From positions 1-64,000 of the forward strand of contig FLMG01002775.1 in assembly GCA_900088475.1 (NCBI GenBank): DNA of 64,000 nucleotides, in the 5' to 3' direction. The notes under the pieces were generated by a model. The model was given only the letters and a program-made list of their open reading frames with translations. It made no database searches and was not told the origin of the DNA. This DNA comes from Hyphochytrium catenoides (lineage: Eukaryota; Protista; Hyphochytriomycota). This document shows positions 50,429 through 64,000 of this stretch, piece by piece. The first letter of the stretch is position 1. Each line of letters starts with the position of its first letter. The position numbers were made by a program, and so were the translations under genes.

Positions 50429-52649
50429 TTACGCACTCCTTGCACATTCACCTCTTGGGCTATTGGAGATGTCGGGGATGATCCGGACAATCTTCCCGAT
50501 TCCTTTGGCCTGTCCATCTCTGAAGACAAACCTAAGAGAGAAAACCCGGTCTTATATAAACCTCTTCTTTACTCCTCATTGAGAAATCTCCAATTAATCC
50601 GCTGTTCTTACCTAGTTCGGGGCTTCAGGTATTCTGCATAGCTGACAAACCTGAAGCGGACCAGCGCGTTGTCCCCCGTTCGGATAGTATCTCCGCCATC
50701 TGGTGCCTGTATAGAGACAATCTCCGCCGTTTGTCTGACAGTGCTACAGTTGATAACGGGCTGATAACCCTTCGATATTGTAGTTTGATGATGCAGGATA
50801 TGTACGCGCGCTTCAAATTCTCGAGACACAAAGGAACTTAGCGGCACGTCAGTGCCTACCAATACCATGCCCTGTGAGCCCATAGGAGATTAAGGTGAGG
50901 TGGACAAAGTGAGAGTCTTTAAAGTGTCCTAATTGTTCACCTTTCGAAAGTTTGTCCGACTTATGGGTTCCTTTTTGTTGAGAGAACGAACGGCAAAAGC
51001 AGCTGTGTGACCAGCTTTTGCTTGCCGTAGGGAAACGTGCATCGACTCTATTGACCTGACCGTCACAGGCTTGAAACCTCCATTATGATCTGGACCGAGC
51101 AACAGCGTATCGTTCACAGTAATAGTTCCGCTGGCTATCACTCCTGACACAACAAAGCCGACTCCCGGAACCTAGCAAATGGGTTACTAGTGGCAAGAAG
51201 AACAAAAGAATCGCAAAGTCTGCTCGAGTGGCGGTGCGTTCCCTATTCTGTCAATCAAATGCCTCTTGATAATACCAGCGGTCAATCTTTCCTCCTTCGC
51301 CCACTTAGTTGCTTCCTCATTAAAGCTACCTCTTTCTTTCTTCTCATCTACCATGTAAGTTACTTTACCTGGTAGGTCTCATCAATGGGCACCTCAACCG
51401 GTGCCTCCGTAGAGTGAATGGGGCCCGCCTTGCCATCGACATTTCCGTCAGCTTCAGGCTGTTGCTGCTTGTCTAAATCCAGCCGGGCGGGCCGGGGGGG
51501 AATCAGAGCAAGAAGCTTCTTTAAGTTTGCTAGGCCCTCTCCCGTGACGTTTGACATTGGAAGGATAGGCGTGACGCGGTTTGAACGTATGCTGTCAGCT
51601 GCTTGTGCAGCTTGTGCTTCGGTCTTTACCAGGATGGGCATCTTTCCAGCTACATACAGAAGACAGTACGGCGTTGTTAGCTTGAACAAGTAACGAAAGT
51701 AATGACATTTATAACATTAGAGAGAATCGCAGGGAAATCGCCGTGTATGTTCTTGCCTTTCTTTAGGAGCTGACGGATAGACTTTAAGGTATCCAGCGCG
51801 ATATTCTTGGGAGCAATGTCGATCTTGGTGAGCGCAATGACAAGAGGTATTTCCAGCTGGTTCCCGACCAAAAGGTTAGAAGCCGGAGAGGGTATGAAAG
51901 AGAGGCGAACGAGAGACAAAGGAAACTGAACTTTCAAGCAAAGGCACAGAGCTGACTTGCTACTTGAAGGAACGGAGGACATAGATCACAAGAGAGGAGA
52001 AATCATGAGTAGTCAGAGCCATGCGCTCTCTTACCGCAATAGCGATATGCAGATGCTCCCTGGTCATCTTCTTGACGCCCATGTTAGCTCCCACAAGTAC
52101 GACTGCGAGGTCCGGGGCCATGCCAGTCAGCCCAAAGACCGTAGTTTTTAGATATCTCTCATGTCCTAAGTAGATTGCAGGGTCAGTTTACAGAGCTCCA
52201 ATGCAGATTAAAATTACTTTGTCTCACCAGCTAGGTCAATCAATTGCACTCTTCGCTCGCTGGTCTTGGCGATCTCCTCCCATGGCAGCACACGGCCGGG
52301 TCGCTTGGATAAAATCTGGTCACCACTCCCATCAAACCCAATGTAGGTGGTAGCTATCGAGCTCGTGCGGCCACTGTCGCTCTCATGCTTGTGTCGGAAT
52401 ATCGCTTGTCGTGATAGACCTAACTCAGAAGAAGGCATCGACGTTGCGATAGGAGAGGGGACAGGGACCAAATGTTACTTGTCCTGCCTCCTGCAATCTT
52501 ACGGAATTAGCAAGGGCCGCATTACCTCGGCCGTCGTCCAGCTCCCCTTTGAGTAGGCAGCCGATAAGGCTGGACTTTCCGCTGTCGACATTGCCGACAA
52601 ACGCTACTCGAATGTAGACTTCCTTCTCCATGTGTCTAACCAAAATCAC
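50429..52649 (-). CDS. GTPBP1: GTP-binding protein 1/2 (eEF1A-related translational GTPase), 5' end unresolved
   Basis: RVAFVGNVDSGKSSL, ELDDGRG..RQAIFRHKHE..SGRTSSI, LIDLAGHERYLKTTVFGLTG, LTKID, SNVTGEGL, LLLGPD, ILHHQTTI, RTGD, FRDGQAKGIG; stop 50429. Confidence 0.9.
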
Positions 52650-54677
52650 CTAGCCCTCGCTGTGGTCCGGGGCTCCACTCTACTGGCCGGCGCTTCACCT
52701 ACAGAAGGCCAACGGGTAAATGTGCTCTAGGGCCAGTACCGCGGCTGGCGTTGCCTAGGGAGCCTTTGCCAGCCTTGAAGCTGCCGATTAAGTACCCTCT
52801 GAGCCCTGTCTGCGACCAAGCAGTAATTGCCGACCAAGGACTATCAAGTGCATCCAAGCAACCGGGCAGCTTCAGGACCTTCTTCTAAGATACAGCACTC
52901 AGTTCTTTACCACTCTGCACCTTCTGTCTCTCACTGCACCTTTCCCAACCCCTCGATCCTTACGATAGATCCCACCTCCACTCCCACTCTTCAGTTCCTT
53001 GCTACCTTGCTTCACGTCTGTCGCCCAGCTCCCTTGTCGTCTCCACCCCCTCCGCGGAGGACAACAATCTATGAGAAACTGCTGTCTGTACGTCAGAATG
53101 CCGTTTCACCCCTTCGCTTTGTTCGAGCGCACCATGTTTGTGGACACCTGACATAACTTTAGGGGCAAGCCAAACGTAGTTGCTGTGTATACAGGGTGGT
53201 CATAGTGAGAATACCGTCGTGGTGTGTCACCGCCCTCCCAAAGCGCACGTTGAAGGTTAAGAAGGTGCGCTAAGTAGTACGAGGCTAAAGCAGAAAGATG
53301 CCTAAGAAATTTTAAAGAAAGTGAGAAGAGCTTCTTCTTGCTCCTCCTCGTTGCCTTGCGCTGCTCTACTATGGATTGTCTCGACAAACAGGCACCTTCC
53401 TCCTTCCACGAGCCACACTCTTCTACTTTCTCGTGGTTGCCAGGAGCTAGTCGCCTTTCTTCTTGCGGCCAGCGAGCAGGCATTGGCATGAGCTTTATTT
53501 CTTCGGTTATAAGCAGTGAAGCAAGAAGCAGCCCGAGATAAGTAGTAGATCAACACAGGCATTCGTCTGGAGGTTGTTTCTTTTTAATGAATAGGAAGAT
53601 GTACCGCGTAGGACGGTTTGTGCTGACAGCGAAGGTCGTTCCCTGCTGGCTTTTGGTATGAGTGATAGCTTCGCCACCTTGCTGGGAGCAATGGGACACA
53701 CTCCTGTCAAGCGAACTTTCCGGCGAGCCAGGAGGCATAGGACATCATCATCATCACCATAACTGCCACAAAGGGCCCATAAAGTATGAAGGAAAAGTCA
53801 GGACTTTATGGAGGGGTTTCTTCCACATTGCGAGCTCTGGAGGCGTTTGAAGTGGATGTAGCTCCCTTGTCGCCCAGGCGGCAATGACCAAGTAAAGCTC
53901 CTTGAGAGCTTAGAAAGGTGCCATCTTCACACAGCATGTCCAATAAAATCTATGGAGTGAAATTCTGGTTAGTGCTCTGGCCAATAGCAAAGGTCGTCTC
54001 TATAATAATGCGTGGGCTACGTTGAGAGCCACACACTACGGACAGTAAGAAGGGTCTGTAAGACTTGTCGTCCTCTCTTTCCCTTATGCATGTCATGGCT
54101 CCGCCTTGCCTAGTAGTCTTGGTTGGACTGAGCGGCTCCTTGCCAGCACTCAGCCGCATCTCCCGGTGGCTCTAGAAGTCATGGCGGCAAAAGCGGGCCG
54201 ACAGCTAGCTATTATACATCTTGCTTCTTGAACTCAGCGGTTCCTTTCATGGTGGCGCCAGAGTTATGGCCGTAACGCGGTAACAGAGGACAGAGTTAGC
54301 TATTATGCAACAACACTGCACATGCAGATGAGGAGAGGGTAATATGGAAGTAGGCATGATGAGTTTTAGCCATAACCGGCAGTCAGGAGACTTCCACCTT
54401 CGCTCAAGACGTATGCTTCGGACAAGTCACTGTCAGGGAAGAAGCAGAACACCACCCCTGTCACCGGCTGTGCGCGGTCCCTAGCAACCCTTTGAAGGTT
54501 GAACGCTGCGATTATGTTAACCACCTCTGCTATTCGCATGAGAAGGCATTATCTCTGTCTGCCCTGTGTCTGTCAGGTCCTTGGTGTCGTGTCTCCTAAA
54601 GCCGTACAGACACAGCACGGTGCTGATAGGTGCAGCAGGAGTGCTGCGACGTGCGTGGATTGATGGGCCGGTTCCTT

Positions 54678-54716
54678 GCTGCGCCTGCGGCTGCGGCTGC
54701 GGCTGCGGCTGCTGCC
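54678..54716. repeat. (GGCTGC)n hexamer repeat flanked by a ~22-bp imperfect direct repeat
   Basis: gcggctgcggctgcggctgcggctgc; flanks ttgatgggccggttccttgctgc (~54660) and ttgatgggctggttcttgctgc (~54740). Confidence 0.7.
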
Positions 54717-55242
54717 CTACAAGCTTATTAGTCCTTGGCTTGATGGGCTGGTTCTTGCTGCTGCTGCTCGAGGATTAGAGCGCACTCCTATGTTAGTATG
54801 AGCCCGTCACCTACAAAAAGAGAGAGTTGGCGGGAAAGCCTTTTCAATGCGCTAATATCAGGAGGGTTAGAGTCCTTCCTGCTTCAAAGCAGGTTACCTA
54901 GAATCGTTGTATTTGAGACTAAATATATGTTGGGTACCTTGAAATGCTTTATAAGTCTTTCATCCGTTCTATGCGACAAAGCTAGATTTCATTGTAGACA
55001 AGAGTTTGGCGCCAGCTCTTGAAGTTGATGGCACCTGCTGGAGCCACGATGAGGCTTCTGACCTTGATGGAGCTGCAGCCTCGTCGCTTGGCAGGCTCCC
55101 TTCACAGACTCTTCCTTCTCTCTAGCAAGGTGGCCGCTGTCCTAGCCTCCTAAACAGTCGAGACGGAAGTGATCTGTGGGTAGACTACATACGCCTGAGA
55201 GGAGGGGCAGCACCAGGCCCGGAAAGGGCACGGACAAAGGCA

Positions 55243-58200
55243 ATGGCAGGGTTGTTGTCAACAGCTGGCTCTCTGCAAGGCGCGTCTGCCATTGTTGAAG
55301 CAGATGATGAAGAAAGGCTAGGAAGTCTACTGTCGACGGTAGGAGGAGGTGAGGCTCAAAGCGCAACTGGGGAGAGCGGAGAGGGCGAGGTACGAGAGAC
55401 TGCTGAGTCTGCAAGCTCCTACAGGTCGTCTGTGTGCCGCTCTGTCCGTGATATCTTATTATGAGCAACTAGCTTTCCCTCTTCTCAGTCTCCTGCCCTC
55501 TCGCTATATCTGCGCCTCTCCTCTCTGAACCGCATACAGTCAGAGGAGTGAACACAACTCTCTAGGGCGAATCGTATTCTTCTGAAGGCCGTGTAAGTAG
55601 TCCAAAGAGAAGGAAGTTGTCAAACCTCAATCCAGACGATGAAGTGAAGGAGCAACTTACTGTCGAAGAGGGGGAGGCGGAGAACAAGGTAGATGGACCA
55701 AGAACGGAAGCAACAGCAGCAGGAGAGTCGGAGACCAGGAATAACCTCGTGCAATGCTCGGACTGCTCAACTTGGCGACCCTTGCCTCCAGATGCCAATC
55801 TGGATTTTCTTCCGGTGATGTAGGTTTGCAACTCCCCTTTCGACGGCTCCTCTTACTCTATCAAGATATCGCTTACTCTCTCGCTCCACTAATACCTACT
55901 ACGATCCTCTACTTCGTACCCGTCACTAGTTGGCAATGCGCTATGATGGGCTACGCTTGCAAAGAAGGGCGGCGTAGGAAGGTTTCTGTATCTTCCCCCT
56001 CGATCTCCCAAGATATCAGCGAATCGCGGCCAAAGATCTCACAAGTGAGGTTCGATGTCCTCCAGGAGGAGCTTACCTGTGCAGTCTGCTGTGAGATCCT
56101 ATACAAGGTTCGCAGATAAGAGAGGATGTGGAGAAAGACAAGAGGAGTTCCTCATAATGCTAGCCATGAAGGGTGAATAGGCTCTGGGGAGTAGAAAGAA
56201 CAAGAGGGAGAGAGGGAGAATGAGAGAGGGAGAGGAAGAGAGAGGCGAACTGCAGACAAAATGTATGAGGTAGACCGGCCAAGTAGCCCAGCGACTCAGT
56301 GAAGACGCTTACCATGGCCCGAAACAGCCTATATGCGCACCTTGCGGTCACTTCTACTGCCGCGTTTGCTTCATGCGGAGCGTCATCGCCAACGATGGAG
56401 ACTCTGTACCCTGCTGCCCTACTTGTCGGACGTCCCTTGGCAGCTCTCTTGGCCAGCTCTCAGTGAATGTTCCTCTATGGAACGTAATTCAGGTAGCGCA
56501 TGCTTGCCAGGTCTCATTCAACCCTCCAGACTCTAAGGCATTCATGCAGTTGCTGGTTTTGCACTTCCATGCTCGCCTTGAATAGACCCCTTACCCTTTG
56601 AACCTAACTGCCTTAGTTGGTCCACACTTGCCTGATTCAGAGCTAATCGCTTGCTCCAGCTTCAACCTTATGCCCCTTGGCACACCTTTCATTGGTCTCT
56701 GGTGATGTATGCGCCTCTCTCTCTGTTCGAGGACCGATCGGTTTTGCTTCCTTTTAGTTCGTCTTTCGCAGCCTTGGCACTAAATAATGTGTCATCATTC
56801 TCACTATCTACAGCTGCTATTCTCAGAGGTTTGTTCAGCGAGGCAGGAGACACAGGAGCGGCAATATAAGAAATACCAGTCCGAGTATGAAGAGAAGGTG
56901 GATATGATCAATGAGAGAGAAAGGGAGTCGAATATGGTAGTCGAGAGCGTCCTTGACTCTGAAGAAGAGATGGTATGTGTATTCCTTGCCACAGCCTAGT
57001 ACGCTTTCTTCTCCATCAGGGGATCTTGGGCCACAAACGAAGTTTCCTGCTGGCGGCATGCAACGATTCACTTCCCAAAAGATCTCATTGTGACCACCAT
57101 GCTAAATTCACTTGCCTTGCGCCGTCCGCATTCGAAGGTCGATGAGGCGAATGCAGACGGTCGCTTAGGTTTTGAATATCCGGAGCTCGAAGTGCAAGAG
57201 CAGGTAACAGCGAGAGAGGGCAACTGCGAATCTTACACAGAAGTCAGGAGGAGAATCCTCTGTTGCTGTGCTACCCGTTTTAAATAGTTCGTTGCCACTT
57301 CGGTACTGCCAATCTCCAGAACTGAGAACATTCCTCCTTGCTTTTTGTCCACTTCCTTGTTTAGGGAGGAAGCCTGCCCATCAAACGAAATGTGGTTCTG
57401 GACACAGACCAAGTAACTGTGGATGGTGGAGCTCATCAGAGGTGGATAAAATAGATAAAAATATAGCTGCTGAGATAGAGCGGGAGGCTTGTTTCCTCCG
57501 ACGGACTGAAGAGACGGTCTACCTATTATTTAATCTTCTTTAGGTTATGGTCTCCTCGTCGTCCGCTCGCTAATCAGCAAGTATACGGACCCTTTGGGTC
57601 TGAACCTTAAATATCTGCCGTTCTCTCAGGTTGGCCTTGTGCCTGATGGAGTATCCACCGCTGTTCCAGGTGTCTACAGAGTTCGAAATGGTGGTCGGGC
57701 TCTTGAGGATGGAGGAAGATGAAGACGAGGAGGTCGGAGCAGTCCAACCTTCTAGTCTCCTACTTTGAGCCTATTATTTCACGGCTGAGTGTCGCTCACC
57801 CATGCTTTAACTGCTTCAGGGGTCTTGTCGTGCCTTTTGGCCCCGTTGGCAATCAACCCCTCCACTCTCTTTGTCTTGTCATACCTTAAGTTAAAGCCGC
57901 ACTTCAGATTCTGATGTTGCCTTCCTTGCTAATGCTTTAAACCTCTGCTGTGGCTCTCTATTTAGGACGGATTCCCCTTCATCTTTGATGAGGATAATGG
58001 GGACGACGCTTTCATTGCGTCCGAGAGCTTTGGCGACGTGACTATGACTGTCCGATCAGAGAGGGATGGCCGACTAGTGGTAAATACCCTTGCGCCCCAA
58101 TAATTTCTAGTGTTTGTCATCTATGCTGTCGCTGAAGGTGCTCTCACCCTAATTGGCCTCTCTATCTGATGCACGAGCCCGGTATTTCCACTGTTGACAG

Positions 58201-59459
58201 CTTGTCCCTAAGATTGTCCGTTATACACTCCCCCATGCCCCTCCCTGGTCATCGTCCACGCACTCATATACCGATGTCTCCCTCATTCCTCTTAAAACAT
58301 CTTCGTGACAGCTCAAAAGAAAGAGAAGCATGGAAGGTGGCATCGTTACTTTCCCAGACATCCTCCTTCATGTGCCCGTGGGAGGTTATTACATAGGATT
58401 CAAAGACGAGCGTTACGGCGTCTCCTTGGAGGCACAGATAGAGCTCAGAGCGTTGCGAGAGGATGGAGAAGGACTTGCGGAGCGTGGGATGCTCCGAAGA
58501 AGAGACAGGTCTTCCCGTGGAGCTGTGGAAGAAGAGGCGAAAGAGCGAATGTATGTCTGTCTAAACACACTTTGAATATTTTGATCGTTCCTCTTGCCGC
58601 TCTATCTGGTGTGCAATCTCACGTTTGTCCCATCTCGCCATTCGCCCAGATCTGACGTAAGGGCCAGAGAGAGGGAGATGGAGGACGCTGAGGATCTGTC
58701 AATGGAGGGCGAGGGATATTTTAGCGAAGATGAGGTGGACGTTTCCTCCGAAGTCTCTGCCTGTCAGGTAATGACTCAGGAAGTTCAGGTCTCTACTGAA
58801 CGATGTGACTGGCCAATTGAAGAGGCTGTCCTATGATGGAAAACCGTAGCGGGCTCTTCAGTACTTCATGACACTGTTTCCTATCGGCCTCTTGACCCTC
58901 CGACTACGAACTCAACCATTGTCTCTATCTTAGATCTGCGAGGGGGAGACATCAATTGAAGGCGATCAGCTGGTCCTATGCGACGGCTGTGACAAAGCCT
59001 ACCACCAGGAGTGTGCCAATATATCGGAGAAACAATTGGAAGAACCAACCTGGTAAGCCCTGAGCTTCATTGTTAAAATTGGCTACAGCGTTATATTCAG
59101 CACTGTTGAAGCTGCCTCTTAGAAGAACAACACATTTTCATTAAACTGACCGGCTCTGATGAACGGCGCGTTATGTGATGGCATGGGAACTTTGTGGGGC
59201 GTTGACCAGGTTCTGTGCCGCTTGTGCAAGCAAGACAGCTCCCACCGGCCAGAGTAGTACCGACACACCTTTCAAGCTTGCATCAAGGAAGAGAAAAGCC
59301 ATAGTGGATGACGAGGAAGAGGATGAAGTGCGTGACGACGACGGAAAAAGGGAAGAAGAGGTGGCATCAGCCCCTGAGAGTCTCGCGGCACTAGTCGCAT
59401 CGCAGAGCGCCGACAATGACTGCGATTCACAAGAGGTAGAAAAACGCTCTGAACGGTAG
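55243..59459 (+). CDS. Putative chromatin-reader E3 ligase: CW-type zinc finger + C3HC4 RING + unknown domain + PHD finger
   Basis: NLS SPKRRK; LVQCSDCSTWRPLP…WQCAMMGYAC (CW); LQEELTCAVCCEILYKPICAPCGHFYCRVC…CCPTCR (RING); ACQICEG…LVLCDGCDKAYHQEC…WFCAAC (PHD). Intervening exons inferred. Confidence 0.8.
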
Positions 59460-59607
59460 AGAGGACACTCGTTTATAAAAAGCTTATCAAGATGCAGCTC
59501 AAGATGCCTGTGTGGGCCCTATGCCTACATTTAAAAAAGCAGCGTCACTAGAAGATAGTGAGATATGAAGCAGAGTCACAGGCAATTTGTGTACGAAAGA
59601 AACAACC

Positions 59608-62600
59608 CTAATGATTGCCGGTCATTCCAAATATACTTTCTCGGCGAAGTAAGAGAAGCATCTCATCGCGGTCAGCATCCGGCAACTTGCTAATCATCGA
59701 CAGAATGCCCTGAGAGTGGAAAAGCACACGGGACGTGAGGTGGGAAAAGGTTGATTAGCTCAAGAGGTCGAGCGCTGTTTTCCCTCTTCTCCTCTGCCTC
59801 CTCGTAGCAAAATCTCCTTTCTGTCCTTGGTGGTACTCTCTCTTACTCCCTTTTTCTAGCCTGACCAGCGGCAACCCTAGTCCTCTAGCTATTCCTTGTC
59901 GCTTACCTGAACCGCAGCCTTCGGGTCTTCCGCTGCTAGCTTCTCGACCTCGGTGGTGACTCGCTGCCGACCTAGACCAGCCACTCGCTTCGCAACCTCT
60001 TCCGCTTCATCCAGGGTCCAGTGCAAGACACAGCGATCATCCCGCCAGGCTGCGCCATCTTCCGTCTGAGATGGACCAAAGCGAGTACGGCCCGCTGGTA
60101 GAGGGAGGGAAAAAAAAAGAGAGGTAAAACCATCAGGCCATCAGAAGACGTTACAAGAGATAAGGAGTCATATCAGTAGCTGTTAGACAGCTTTGAGAGC
60201 TGTCCGAAAGAGGGCAATCAGCGCAAGTGACTTCTAACCTGCCACATCCTTCTCGAACCACCCTCTTATAATGCTGGTAGCCTCCTTGTAGCACTGAAGC
60301 CCAGCTGCCTTTCTAATCTTGTCCCTCAAGCTAAACTCGGCCAGCCGTCTCCTTAGCCTCCAATAGAAGAAAGATCGTGCTCTCCTCCAGGCTACAACTC
60401 TACCGATGACGCCCTTGGCCTGCATGCGCCCTGGCGTATCATGCAGATCAGCAAATTGTGTCGCAATTTGCGTGTACAGGCCCAGCAGCTTGGATTCGCG
60501 CCTGTGTATGAGCTCCTGTAGGGCCTTCCGCTGGCCTAGAGTTTTAGGGATCATAAACAAAATAAGACGCAGTAAGTCAATGCGTCTTAGCGTGCATCAA
60601 AAGACAGCATACTCAGCCCAGTAAATGGAGAAAGTGGAGGCCTGAATTAATGTATTGATATATTTTGCCCACTTACCGTCATCTGTCTCCGCAAAGAACT
60701 GCTTATCCAGTCGCTGAAGCTCTGGGTCCAGACGATGGGCGGTGGCCATGATATCCTTCTTCCGGTACTTGATCTCAATCACTGGAGGTAGCAATAGGTA
60801 AGTCGGCAGCAAAGAGTGAAAAATGAATATCTAAACACAGGTAACCTTAGCGAGAAGGCATACAAATAGAGGTTGATGAGAGCAGCAAAGCATTACCTCC
60901 GCTAGGCTCCAAAACTCCTCCTCGTCCTCGATCGTCAGCATACATCTCCATCACCTCACCATTGATTGAAGGATCAACCACCACCCAGGCGCCTCCTCTG
61001 TGTACATGGCCACAACAAGAACGGCGTGAGCGAGGCACATATGAATAGAGGGAAACAGGGCAATGTAAGGGCACTGAAAAGGACACTCACAAGAGAAACA
61101 TAGGGACAGCAAGAATAATATAAACATTATGAGGGAAGGGTGACAAGAGCCATGAGTTTTCACAAGGCAGAGAAAATGGCACCTGAGTTCCGCATGTGGC
61201 GGAATATACACGAAAACTGGTTGCTTGTACGTCACAAGGCCGTCAACAATGTAGGAGCCAAACTTTAGCACCTCATCGAACATGTCCCTTTGGCCACCGC
61301 TAAATTGAAGCAGGCAATAGTAAGAGTCTGTCTCCCTCATCTTCACCCCTAATCATGAGGCATAACGTCCTTGTCCACCTCACGACTCCAACCTCCCTCC
61401 TACAATGCATTAGACGCACCTAAAACCCCTCCAGTTGGCGAAGATGAAAAGAGGCAAATCCTCTCCCTGGAAGTCTTTGATAGCTGTGGCGGTTTTGTAA
61501 GCAGAGTCCGGGAACCAGACTTGTCCAGCCTGCTGCTGGAGGTGCTCCTGAGTGTCGGGACTGGCAGGGTCCGCGGGTGTCACCTTCTCTGCTGACCGAA
61601 TCTCCGAAACGATTACTCCCACAGGGCACCCACCGAGCCTTGCGCGGCCAGTGACAACGGTCTGCGAAAGAGAGATAGAGGTAGAACGCGGAACTCAGCA
61701 AGAAAACGGATGAGCAATGCATCTGCTCCTCCGCAAGCCGCTCTCTTGCCTGCTGACCACCTACTAATACCCATTACAGTGGCCCTTCTACTCTCCCATG
61801 TCGAAAGCCTTCAGTAAGATGAGACGTCAGTTATTACGCAACATACCTTTGCCCAGCCTGCCAAGTATTCCTTGAAGGAATTCCTGTCAAAGAAACCGCT
61901 AATCCAATGCCCGTCATGCTCATCCGTCTTTCCAGCCAGTAGGAACCTTGGATCATAGGGGGTCTTTGGGGGCACGAACTCAATGTCACGCTCGATCATA
62001 TCCACGCCCGTGATATCTGTAAGTGGCATCGGTCTTCCCCGAACAGCAGGTACAAAGCTGAGCCACTGAAGGATCTCCTGCACGCCCTGCATGTGATCAT
62101 GCACTACACAGTGGGATACGCCGTTGTTGTGCATGATCTTTATGCCTCCCAGTTGGGCGTTGGAGGAGTAGACTTCTCGTCCCAGAAGTTTATTAAGTGC
62201 CTGGTAGCCTGTGAGCAAAATTGGTGCATTGCTCTCCTTTTGGATGCACCGGTGGCCCAGACGAACGAGATAGGCGCCAATACCAACCGTGCGGCCACAC
62301 ACGTAGGTCAGCGTAAAGATGTCCTGATAGGCGCGAGAGGTCTCTCCCGCGATCTTTCCGCTGCCCTTCAGGTTCTCAACGCCTGGGAGGCAAAAAGCGG
62401 CCGACAATTATTTGAGAATACATCTGTCAGTCAGCCTGTTATCTATCCTATCATCACAGCGTGCTATCTAAAGTTTCTCAGTTTGTCCCCTATCTTTCCC
62501 TAGACGACGACCCTCCGGCCCTCCTCTCCCCTTCCCCTCTCCCCTCTCTTCCACCTCCCCTGGCTCCCCTCCAAACACAGGCACTCCACTCCCCCGCTAG

Positions 62601-64000
62601 GAGAGAAGTTGCACTACGGTCTGGACCCCTCCAGCACCCTCTTCACCTCTTTACGTCAGCCTCGAGGGATTGTGGCTGTCCTCGCCTTCAACCATAAGAG
62701 AAGGATTGCATATGGAGGTCTTTTTCCTCTCACCTAGATCTGGCTGTGAGCCTATGACATCCTTGATGACATATCTCTCCTCCCCTTGCTCCAGTTTGAG
62801 CTCAGCGTTCACAGAGCCCTTGATCGCCTTGTGGTCCTCTGGAGTAAGGTACAAATACCTGAATCCTCGGGTAGGGTCCTAACGACGGGGGGCAATGAAG
62901 GGCAGAATCAGGGTAACCAATCGCGGAGGAGGCAGTGTCGAGTGAGGGAAGCGGACAAACATCAGCATTGGAGGTTAAAATGCTCCTAGGCATACTTGCG
63001 CTGGGACTGCGTTCCTGCTTCTTAGATAGCGAAGAACCATACCTGAGGGTCATTCCACGCCACCTTGAACTTCTCTTTGACCTCCTCTGCCATACCAATC
63101 CGAGCGCCGCTATTGGCGGCTAGGTAGACACGTGGCAGAGCACGTTCTCTGGCAAACCGGCTTGCAAAGTCGAATACCAGATCTTCTCGGGTGCCAAATG
63201 AGCCGGCCTGGGATTAAGTATAGCGTTAGACAACAGGCAAAATTATATTCAGCAGAACTAGACTAGCACTAGATCACAGCACCATGACACCGCAAGAGAG
63301 CATAATAGCCCTACAGAGCGTCGGCTCTTCGTAAACAACTAAAGCCTGGAAAAGTATCGGTTCGGCGTGTCTTCTTACCTTGTGAGTGATGTCGTTGGCT
63401 ATGATGACAACCTGTCGCCCACCCTCCTTCTCAGGAAACTCTGGAGTGTACATAGTGGCCAACCAGGCAACCATCCCCACGTCATTCTGGCCAGCCGAGC
63501 GCGTCATTGGAATTAACTCCAGATCTTCCGACTCTTCGGCCCGCCAAGGGCTAGACGTGTCCCCATTCTTTCGGCGAACGACCAACTCAACAGCCTATTT
63601 CAGGAATAATTCAGAGGATCTGTCAAAGATGGGGAGAACTTCCGCGGAATATTCGATGCATAAAGATAATGGGACAAACCATAAACGTGGCGGTGGATAG
63701 GTAAGGCAGAGAATTAGACGTTAGGTAAAAGTTAGGAAGCAGTGCCACACTTCACAGCAGTGGTTGTAACTCCTGAACTTACGTGTAGAGGTCTTCTAGG
63801 TAGCTGCACTGCCCTAATGTGCTTTCGAGGTTTGGTGTGCTCCTTCCACAGGTGCAATAACGCACGCTCGAATAACTCCAAGAAGTCGTAACAATAGAGG
63901 GTGTCCGACATGCGGGCTATAGAGATGAAATGGGAACCCAGGTGCAAGAGGCGGTAGTGAGATGGCTTTTACAACGATACAGCCAAAGCAAGCCGTCACC
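59608..64000 (-). CDS. ACC1: Multidomain (eukaryotic-type) acetyl-CoA carboxylase, carboxyltransferase/C-terminal part
   Basis: [113 protein letters not shown]; stop 59608. The gene runs off the window end. Confidence 0.97.

Noticed and set aside
54516-54775. Minus-strand open frame encoding QPQPQP
   Set aside because: No upstream ATG or supported splice sites; explained by the hexamer repeat.
1-64000. Apparent clustering of RNA/translation genes (U2A', NOT4, METTL1, eIF2-gamma, GTPBP1) or branched-chain amino acid genes (ALS, HIBCH)
   Set aside because: Mixed orientation and interspersed unrelated genes; expected by chance in a compact genome of housekeeping genes.

Overview
Compact, intron-rich eukaryotic nuclear DNA. 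Introns are mostly GT-AG and ~55-80 nt, so the ORF track is heavily fragmented and I reassembled genes by hand. The gene content (PACRG, a KIF12-like kinesin, a PPR protein, multidomain ACCase) suggests a flagellated protist, possibly a stramenopile; this is inference. About 20 protein genes are recognisable: acetolactate synthase (5' cut off), U2A' spliced in frame to a Ser/Thr-Pro-rich tail and SAP domain, a kinesin, two tandem amino-acid transporters, NOT4, HIBCH, two spliced orphan genes, PACRG, an SDR, METTL1/Trm8, a PPR protein, a bacterial-type Ppx/GppA with introns, eIF2-gamma, a HEXIM-like protein, an SLC35A nucleotide-sugar transporter, GTPBP1/2, a CW-RING-PHD protein and the 3' part of ACCase. 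I found no tRNA, rRNA, CRISPR array or intact mobile element. The most interesting signals are: (1) a basic-region + APYNTTSFLM protein resembling animal HEXIM (the 7SK-dependent P-TEFb inhibitor), next to an unusually long gene-free region; (2) the U2A'-SAP fusion; (3) the intronised Ppx/GppA; (4) the CW-RING-PHD protein. No database searches were run; family calls rest on recognised motifs.
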